Source: the human T2T-CHM13v2.0 reference genome, Homo sapiens. From it: 64,000 nt of DNA. Made by a program: the position numbers and the translations under genes. The DNA lies in assembly GCF_009914755.1 (NCBI RefSeq), contig NC_060943.1; one strand, 5' to 3'. Every line of letters starts with the position of its first letter. The first letter of the stretch is position 1. The notes below the pieces were generated by a model that saw only the letters and a list, made by a program, of their open reading frames with translations, did not search any database and was not told where the DNA came from. Of the stretch, positions 53,292 to 64,000 are shown in pieces.

Positions 53292-55327
53292 TCAAAATAA
53301 AATAAAATAATAAAAATAAAAAGATGACCACAGCAGATCTGCTGGCTCTCCAGGCAATTCGTGATCACCACGAATTGAGAAGCGCTGCTCTCAGGCTTAA
53401 CCCCCCTGTACCTCAGTTTCCTTTTCTGTACAAGGAGATCAAAACAGAATCCATGTAGAGGACTGACGTGGAGTGAGGCTTAACTGAGATAATGAGTGTG
53501 AAAGTGCTAAGCACAGCTTCCTAAGTGCTTGTTTTCAGCAGCTCCTCTTCCTCTTTTCTATTTTTTTATTTTTATTTTTTTTGGGGGGGGAACAGGGTCT
53601 CGCTCTGTTGCCCAGGCTGGAGTATAGTGGCAGAGTCATAGCTCACTGCAACCTCAATCTCTCAGGGCTCAAGTGATGCCCGTGCCTCAGCCTCCTGAGT
53701 GGCTGGGACTACAGGTGTGTGCCACCATGCCCAGCTAATTTTTAAATTTCTTGTAGAGGTTGGGGGTGGGTCTCACTATGTTGCCCAGGCTGGTCTTGTA
53801 CTCCTGGCCTCTGGCGATCCTCTTACCTAGGCCTCCCAAAGTGCTGGGATTACAGGCGTGAGCCACCACACCCAGCCCTCCTCCTCCTCTGTATTATTAA
53901 ATTTCAGAGCTGGAAAGAAATTTCGAAGACCGCCATCACTCAACCTTCTTGCTCTACAGATGGGGGAACTGAGGAACAGAGGAGCAGAGGTTTGGCCAGA
54001 GGAAGGTGGGAAGGACGTGGTGTGGCTGGCCTTCACAGACTCTGCCGGGGGCTGTTTACAGGATACTCTGAGGAAAGCCAGGATGGGCACTGATACCCAC
54101 CTCCACCCTGCGGGAGGCAGAAGGCTAAGGCTCCCCCAGCCGTCTCCCCCAAGCAGAGCTGAGCCCTTGGGAGCCAGGGCAGAGATGCAACCCTCTCCCC
54201 CATGCTCAGGTCCTCCTCCTCCTGGAAGCTCTCCTTCCAAGAGGAGCCTCTTATTTTATTTTTTATTATTATTATTTTTGAGACAAGGTCTCACTTTGTC
54301 ACCCAGGCTGGAAGTGCCGTGGCATGATCATGGCTCACTGAAGCCTTGCCCTCCCCAAGCTCAAGTGATCCTCTCACCTCAGCCTCCCAAATAGCTGAGA
54401 CTACAGGCACACGCCACCACCCCTGGCTAGTTTTTGTATTTTTAGTAGAGATGGGGTCTTGCCATTGTCCAGGCTGGTCTTGAACTCCCGGGCTCAAGTG
54501 ATCTGCCCACCTTGGCCTCCCAAAGTGCTGGGATTACAGGCATGAGACACTGAGCCTGGCAAGGAATGAGCCTTATGGAGAAGAACTTGATTTACCCACT
54601 CCATGCTCTGCAGGCAGGTGTGTCATGTCTGTGAGTGCAGGTGTGTGTGTGTGTGTGTATGTGTGTGTGTGTGTGTCTCCAGGGCCAATTTCTCCCTTAG
54701 GCCCAGGGGCACAGTGCCTAGGGCCCATGATAAATTTAACCGACCCACGGATATGGGTCAGGAGGGTATACATGTATAAAGTTCAGGAAGACTTTGTTTT
54801 AGTAACAAAACGAGCATGTACAATCTGTCAGGAGCCTTATGATATCTTCCCACCAGTCTCATGAGTGGGCACTACATCTTGTTCTCCTTTGTCGGGTAGG
54901 GAAACTGAGGCCCCGGATGTCCTAGCTCAAGTTCACCAAGCTACTTGGTGATAGAAGCGGAACATAAGCCTAGGCCACCTAGCTTCTGGGTCTGCGATCG
55001 TGTGAGGATAAATGCCCAGTGTGTTCGTGAACATGAGCATCCCTGTGTGAATAAATTGACATACATAAACCCATTTAATAAATTTCAAAGCCAGGCGCCG
55101 TGGCTTACTCCTGCAATCTCAGCGCTCTGGGAGGCTGAGGTGGGAGGATCGCTTGAAGCCAGGAGTTTGAGATCAGCCTGCAACAAAGTGAGACCCTGAC
55201 TCTAAAAACATTTTTTTGAATAAAAAAATTAGGCTGGACACAGTGGCTCACGCCTGTAATCCCAGCACTTTGGGAGGCCAAGGTGGGTGGATCACTTGAG
55301 GTCAGGAGTTTGAGACCAGCCTGGTCA

Positions 55328-55531
<204 letters not shown>

Positions 55532-55956
55532 TTAGTCAAGCATGGTGGTACGCACCTGTAGTTGTTAGTTACTTGGGAGGCTGAAGCAGGAGGATTACTT
55601 GAGGCCAGGAGTTCGAGGTTACAGTGAACTATGATTGCATCACTGCACTCTAGCCTGGATGACAGAGCAAGATCCTATCTCAAAATAATACTAATAGTTC
55701 AAGGAACAGACTTTGAAGCCTGACACCCTGCATGGTGTTATTCCAGCTTTGCTACTTACTTGCTGTGTGACTCTGGGTGAATAACTTAACCTCTCTGGGC
55801 TTCTGTTTCCCTTCCTGTAAAATGATCATTTGTACCTCACAGGAGTGTTGTGAGAATTAAATAAGTTAATATAAGCTCTTGGGAAGAATTAGCTCTTGTT
55901 ATGGTTGTGTGAAGAGCTTTACACGAGTCCCTCTGCAGGATGCATGGTTGTTGGTC

Positions 55957-56070
55957 TGTGTGTGTGTATATATATATATGTGTGTGTGTATGTGTGTATC
56001 TATGTGTATATGTGTATATGTGTGTGTTGCTCTCTTGATCTCTGAGTGTTGTGTGTGTGTCAATGTGTGA
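55957..56070. repeat. Compound (TG)/(TA) microsatellite; another TG tract lies at 54641-54676
   Basis: Read directly. Confidence 0.85.
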
Positions 56071-56942
56071 GATCATATATGCACCTTTAGTAAAGATCTA
56101 GGGGTCTCTGTGTGTTTTGGGGGTCTGTACCTGTCCTTGGCTGTACACCTGAACCCTACGTCTTCTTGTGTGTGTAGGGATGTGTGTCATGTGTGTTGAT
56201 AACCATATGACAGTGTGTGTTTCCACATGCCAGTGTGTGTCTGTGAAGCTGTTTCTATGTGGCTGTGGGTGATTGCCCACGCGTGACCTGGTGAGCGGCT
56301 GTGTGGAAGTCTGTGTTGCCTGTGTCGGGTGTGGAGTCTCTGGCCAGCCAGGGTAGGTCTTTGCATGTTTCCTTTATTCCATGGAGGAGGAGATGAGGGG
56401 CTTGGATGAGACAGAAGAATGAGGGGTCACTCCCTGTCTGATGCTGGGGCCGAGTCACTGCCTACTAGTGGCTGCTGTGTCATCTCCCAGTCTCTGTCCC
56501 TCCCTCCTGGCTGGTGGCAGACAGAGGGGGCGTGGAGGAACAGGGCAGGGGGTGGGCTTGAGGCTGGACTTTTGTCTGGAAACTTGAACCTCCACCTATG
56601 CCCCCCACGTCCCTCTAGTCTTCCACATCTCCCTACACCCTCCCTACTATTGGGGCAGGGAATCAGGACTCCCTGAAAATTAAGAACCATCGCCTTGGCT
56701 CTGCCACAGGCTTGCTGTGTAGCCCGGAGACAGGCCCTGCCCCTCTCTCAACCTGTGAAATTCAATGTTTTAAAAGTGCTTCTTCCTTTGTGCCCAGGGC
56801 TGGGCCAGGCTGTGCACTGGGAGGGAAGTGCTGGGTTCTCTGAGGTTTGTGAAATAGCTGGTAGCACCCTTCCCAGTGGGTGCTTAAGAGTTGGGGGCTG
56901 TAGCATCTGAAATACCCAAGTCAGTGCAGGCATAGTGGCTCA

Positions 56943-57517
<575 letters not shown>

Positions 57518-57924
57518 TCAAAAAAAAAAAAAAAAAACGTCAGATTCATGAACCCCATTTGCTAAGAAGATTTGCTCAGGTAGTCACCTGTACCCCTGTG
57601 AGCCAAGATTGCAACAGTACATGCTAAGAGCAGTAAGAAGGAGTTTGTAAAGCTTAGAAAGACCTGACAGGCCAGGCGCTGTGGCTCACGCCTGTAATCT
57701 CGACACTTCGGGAGGCCGAGGCAGGCGGATCACCAGGTCAGGAGTTCAAGACCATCCTGACCAATATGGTGAAACCCCGTCTGTACTAAACATATAAAAA
57801 TTAGCTTGACGTGGTGGCCCGCGCCTGTAGTCCAGCAACTCGAGAGGCTAAGGTGAGGCGGAGGTTGCAGTGAGCCGAGATCGCCACTGCACTCCAGCCT
57901 GGCGGCAGAGCAAGACTCCGTCTC

Positions 57925-57955
<31 letters not shown>

Positions 57956-58779
57956 CCTGACAAGTGAAAGCTACTAATATTGCCATTATCATTTAAAAAA
58001 ACCCCAGACACAGGTTTTTCAGGGAGTTTCATCCAACCAGGCAGGTCTCAGAAATCAGAAAAGAAATGGAAAGGGTAGGAAATCTGGAGTTTGACAATTC
58101 TGAGTTTGAATTTCTTGTGATGGGATCTTGGGCAAGTCATTTAACCTCCCTGAGTATCATTTTTTTCTTTTATAAAATGAAGATTTTTCTCTCTTAACCT
58201 TCCAGAGCTGTTTTAAGGATTACAAATCTTCTACTGAAAGGCGTAGCACAGGAGCTGTGCTTGGCAAGTGCCAAATACAAGGCATTAATTATTATTATTA
58301 GAATTAATAATAATATCCCCTCCCTCTTACACATTCTTTGTCTCCGGGTGGATTAAAAGGTGGAAGGAGAGGCTACCAACACCATCAGAAGAGAGGCTTC
58401 TCTCTAAGTTTCATTTCCCATCTCCTCCAAATCCGCATCCCTCCCAAACGCCGGACCTGTAAGGCCAGCAGGGTCCAAGACACACATCCTTTGCCCAGCG
58501 GGGAAGATTAAAGCTAAAGCTCAGAGAGGGAAAACATTTCCTAAGCTCGCACAGCGAATCAGGACAGAAACCAGGACGAGCCTCGGAATCCCTCCATTAC
58601 CTCCACTTTCACCTGAGCATCACAGCCCGCTCGGGACTCAGTTTCCCCACCTACGTGACCACACCACACTAATCAGGGTCTCCTTTTGGAGATCTGCTCT
58701 TCTTCTCGAATGGGGGCGCTGCACCATCGGTAGAACAGGGTAGGTGGGGGCGCCAGAGGTGAAGGGGACCTGCAGGCTG

Positions 58780-59242
58780 GGGTCTTCCCCGCCCGGGTCA
58801 GCGGGGTCCCTGCGGGGCTAGTCTAAGCGCCTATTATTACCAGCCCCCGGGGCGGCGTTGCACTGCGCAGGCGCGGGCGGGGCGCGGGCGCGCGCGCGAG
58901 CGAGCGAGGGATTCCCTCTGACGTCATTGCTAGGATACCAAACAAACACTCCGCCGCGCCGGCCGAGCTCCTTATATGGCTAATTGCGTCACAGGAACTC
59001 CGGGAAGGCGGGGCCGGGATCCCCTCCCGCCGAGTGGCCCGGAACGCAACCCCCGAGACCCCCAGGGCCCCGAGGGTCATGCAAGTGACCAGATCGAGTC
59101 TAGAACAGACCTCTTGCTGGACAGTGCGGGACTCGATTTGGCGGGGCCGGAGATTTGGGGAAGTTTGTCCAGCAAGGGGCGGGTGACGTAAGCAGGGGGG
59201 CGGGTCCCGGGCATATAAATACAGGCTGGCGGGTCTGTGCTT
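58780..59242 (+). promoter_or_regulatory. FOSB: FOSB promoter: NRF1-like 58864-58875, CRE TGACGTCA 58919-58926, SRE/CArG CCTTATATGG 58970-58979 with adjacent TGCGTCA 58985-58991, CRE-like TGACGTAA 59184-59191, GC boxes, TATAAA 59214-59219
   Basis: Motifs read directly. Same SRE+FAP/CRE/TATA layout as c-fos family promoters. Confidence 0.92.
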
Positions 59243-59834
59243 CATTCATAAGACTCAGAGCTACGGCCACGGCAGGGACACGCGGAACCAAGACTTGGAA
59301 ACTTGATTGTTGTGGTTCTTCTTGGGGGTTATGAAATTTCATTAATCTTTTTTTTTCCGGGGAGAAAGTTTTTGGAAAGATTCTTCCAGATATTTCTTCA
59401 TTTTCTTTTGGAGGACCGACTTACTTTTTTTGGTCTTCTTTATTACTCCCCTCCCCCCGTGGGACCCGCCGGACGCGTGGAGGAGACCGTAGCTGAAGCT
59501 GATTCTGTACAGCGGGACAGCGCTTTCTGCCCCTGGGGGAGCAACCCCTCCCTCGCCCCTGGGTCCTACGGAGCCTGCACTTTCAAGAGGTACAGCGGCA
59601 TCCTGTGGGGGCCTGGGCACCGCAGGAAGACTGCACAGAAACTTTGCCATTGTTGGAACGGGACGTTGCTCCTTCCCCGAGCTTCCCCGGACAGCGTACT
59701 TTGAGGACTCGCTCAGCTCACCGGGGACTCCCACGGCTCACCCCGGACTTGCACCTTACTTCCCCAACCCGGCCATAGCCTTGGCTTCCCGGCGACCTCA
59801 GCGTGGTCACAGGGGCCCCCCTGTGCCCAGGGAA
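59243..59834 (+). other. FOSB: FOSB 5' UTR (about 590 nt); TSS near 59243 at TCATTC, an Inr-like sequence
   Basis: About 30 nt downstream of the TATA box and contiguous with the ATG exon. Confidence 0.8.
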
Positions 59835-59960
59835 ATGTTTCAGGCTTTCCCCGGAGACTACGACTCCGGCTCCCGGTGCAGCTCCTCACCCTCTGCCGAG
59901 TCTCAATATCTGTCTTCGGTGGACTCCTTCGGCAGTCCACCCACCGCCGCCGCCTCCCAG
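59835..59960 (+). CDS. FOSB: FOSB exon 1 coding part (MFQAFPGDYDSGSRCSSSPSAESQYLSSVDSFGSPPTAAASQ)
   Basis: Known FosB N-terminus. Donor CAG|GTAAGT. 126 nt. Confidence 0.98.
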
Positions 59961-60439
59961 GTAAGTTTTTGATAGTAGGGGTGCTGCTTTGTAGGTTTTA
60001 TTTTTTAAGTCAAGGGTGAAAAGAATAAACCCCAACCCCCACAAAAAGGCGCATCAGAACCCTAGATCTGAGATGGAAAAGGCTCACAGCGCACTTTGCA
60101 AACTGCAAAGAGTCGGGAGATGTTTGCAATTGGTTGCGTGCGTGGAGCGCAAGGAGGGAACGCGGCAGGGAGGGTAGGCTTTGGGGCGAGGTGGGGGTGG
60201 GGTGGGTAATGCGCTGCTCAATGCAACGTGTATGCGGTAGCGGGGCTGAGAACTTTGAGCCGGCCCCGGGACTGCCCCCTGCTCGGGTCCCAGACCTGAA
60301 GCTAGCGCAGTTAGGCAGGTGGGGGAAATCCCGGGGAAGCTTCCAGCAGTCTCTTTTCCTTTCCTCCTCCTTCGGAGCGCCCACTTCGGTGCCGGGTCGC
60401 CCTCCACCCATCGGGAAGAGGGGCCTCGAACCCTCAGCC

Positions 60440-60700
60440 GCGCTGCCTCCGCCTCCTGCGCGGAGACGTAACGGGGGACCCGTGCGTAACGGCTGACGCG
60501 CTGGAATCCTCCGTCTGACGCGGGGCACGCACGGCGCGCGGCGCCCCCTTCGTCCGCCCCGCCCCTGACGTCCCGGGAGCGTTCTATTTTGGAACGCCGG
60601 GGCCACGTTGCTAAGGGAGGGGGCAGCCCGGCGTTTCGATTGGCCGCCGGGGCGCACGCCTTGGCCAATCAGCTTTCCCTTCCTATTTGTAGGGTGCATT
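60440..60700. promoter_or_regulatory. FOSB: FOSB intron 1 motif cluster: TGACG half-CREs (near 60494, 60516, 60566), GC boxes, CArG-like TCTATTTTGG 60583-60592, paired CCAAT boxes
   Basis: Motifs read directly within the CpG island. Confidence 0.6.
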
Positions 60701-61876
60701 TTCCTTCCCCCCTCTCTGTCCCCGGAACCCGTGGTTCCTTGGCGGCTGGGTCTCTTTTCGGCGCCTCTAGAGGCAGAGGGAGGGGATCCCTGTCGTGACA
60801 AGAGCGCCTGTCTGCGACCCAATGGATCTGCGAGGCCCTTGCGGGGATCTAGTCCCTGGGCTCTCAGGAGAAGGGGGTGTCTGCTTGTGTGCTGGCGTTT
60901 CTTGGAGAGATACGGTGGCTGTCACCCTCTTCTCCAGGCACACACAGACACATTCCCACTCCCTCTGCTCCTCATGCCCGGTTCCTCCGGTGTGTCCCAA
61001 GACAGGACTAGAACCGCGAACCGAAGGGCAACCAGCCAGGTGGTCTCCAGGAGCTCCGCCCCCTCTGGGTTCCCAGGACTCTGATTGGTCGGCGAGCCAG
61101 CCCTTCCCTCACCACGCCCCCCGAGAGAGTAGTTAAGCCTTCAGAGCAGTTCCAGGAGTCCATTTACGGGAGGGGGGAGATGAGCGCTGCTGAGGCTTGG
61201 GGGCTCAGGTCCCGCACCATTCCCCCTCCGCGACAATCTGAGAGAGCTCCAGTGGTTACTTTTATCTACCTGTCCGTTCACCCTAAACTGTCACTCGTCA
61301 GTCTCACTCTGAGAAGAGACAGTAACTTGAAACGTTGTTCTAAACTCCTAGGCCCGTCCCCCAAACACCCTTTTGACTGGGACCCCCGCCCCTGCATGGG
61401 ACCTCGCGCAGAGGGGGGTGTGTATGTGTGTGAGTGTAGAGGAAGGCTTGGCCTAAGGCCTCTCCTTCTCCCTCCCCTTGCCTCTGGGGTGGGGGTGGGG
61501 TGTTGTGGCTGTGTGTGTGGCTGTGGCTCCGTCCCGGGGGTTCTGTCACCCGGCTGTGTCCAGCCTCCTCTCCACCCCCCATACCTAAGAGTCACCAACC
61601 CGGGGTGTGATTCACCACCCGCTGGAACCGTGCAACCTTTCCCCGAGGAAGAAGGAGGAGGTAGAAGCCAGTTGAGCAGAAATCCTCTCATTAACCACTG
61701 CGTCACGGTGTAGTGGAAGGGTGGGTGTTGTGGCTTTTTCCCTGTGACACACACATCCACACTCGCTCACCCTGTGCTCACTCACGGGGTCGGTGTGTGT
61801 TATGTGTGTTGGGTGTGTGTGTGTCGGTGTCTTTGTTTGTGTGTCTACGCCTGTGTGTGTATGTGTCACCCCGTAG

Positions 61877-62197
61877 GAGTGCGCCGGTCTCGGGGAAATG
61901 CCCGGTTCCTTCGTGCCCACGGTCACCGCGATCACAACCAGCCAGGACCTCCAGTGGCTTGTGCAACCCACCCTCATCTCTTCCATGGCCCAGTCCCAGG
62001 GGCAGCCACTGGCCTCCCAGCCCCCGGTCGTCGACCCCTACGACATGCCGGGAACCAGCTACTCCACACCAGGCATGAGTGGCTACAGCAGTGGCGGAGC
62101 GAGTGGCAGTGGTGGGCCTTCCACCAGCGGAACTACCAGTGGGCCTGGGCCTGCCCGCCCAGCCCGAGCCCGGCCTAGGAGACCCCGAGAGGAGACG
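61877..62197 (+). CDS. FOSB: FOSB exon 2 ([31 protein letters not shown]...RRPREET); Met50 at 61898, Met79 at 61985
   Basis: TAG acceptor ending 61876, GT at 62198-62199, 321 nt. Contains the Fos-family [20 protein letters not shown] motif. Confidence 0.98.
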
Positions 62198-62264
62198 GTG
62201 AGTAAGGGACATCAGAACTTGGCCTGGGTAGGGGGAAGCAAGAGAGGCAGGAAGTTTCTTATGA

Positions 62265-62648
<384 letters not shown>

Positions 62649-62987
62649 TAGACGTTCCACACATGGAACTAGGTACTGCTGTGGCCAGACTGGGTAGCCC
62701 AGGGCACAAACACAGACCCCCATGGACTTAAGTCAACTCCTGGTCCCCCCCCCATTTCCTGACCCCACGGACTACTCTCCTAGCCTTCATTTCATCCCAA
62801 GGGGCCACATGGGGCCCTTGAGGAGAGGGGCGCCCCCATCATTTCTCCCATCTGGTCTTCAGCAAGTAACAACCCATTTTGCCTCAGTTTCTCCATCTCT
62901 GCAAACCCTCATCAAATCTCCCGGGCTCTTTCTACCCTTAACACTCTGGAAAGCCTGTGAAATGAAATTATTCCACCTCCTGCCCTA

Positions 62988-64000
<1,013 letters not shown>

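Overview
This is human genomic DNA that I recognise as chr19q13.32. It holds three genes. (1) The 3' end of POLR1G/CD3EAP (+ strand, stop 746-748). (2) The complete ERCC1 gene on the - strand: 9 coding exons that I spliced by hand to 894 nt = 297 aa + stop, plus a non-coding exon 1 and a CpG promoter near 14.7-15.3 kb. ERCC1 overlaps POLR1G tail-to-tail. (3) The 5' part of FOSB (+ strand): TATA/SRE/CRE promoter and exons 1-4, including the deltaFosB donor. The ~44 kb between ERCC1 and FOSB is extremely Alu-dense, with old L1/L2/MIR/hAT fragments split by nested Alus. It contains MIR6088 and several unique GC-rich islands carrying clustered MEF2, AP-1, CRE, RFX and CTCF motifs. Almost all ORFs in the supplied track are Alu, antisense or low-complexity artefacts. 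I found no new gene or prokaryote-type system. The best novel leads are regulatory or structural: two islands 11 kb apart share a MEF2 + GAGCCCGAAATAGCG + AP-1 arrangement; there is a triple RFX X-box island; FOSB has a palindromic micro-uORF and an AP-1 site overlapping its exon 3 acceptor; and there is a template-switch scar upstream of ERCC1. Repeat boundaries are read by eye and are approximate. Motif calls are sequence matches, not evidence of binding.
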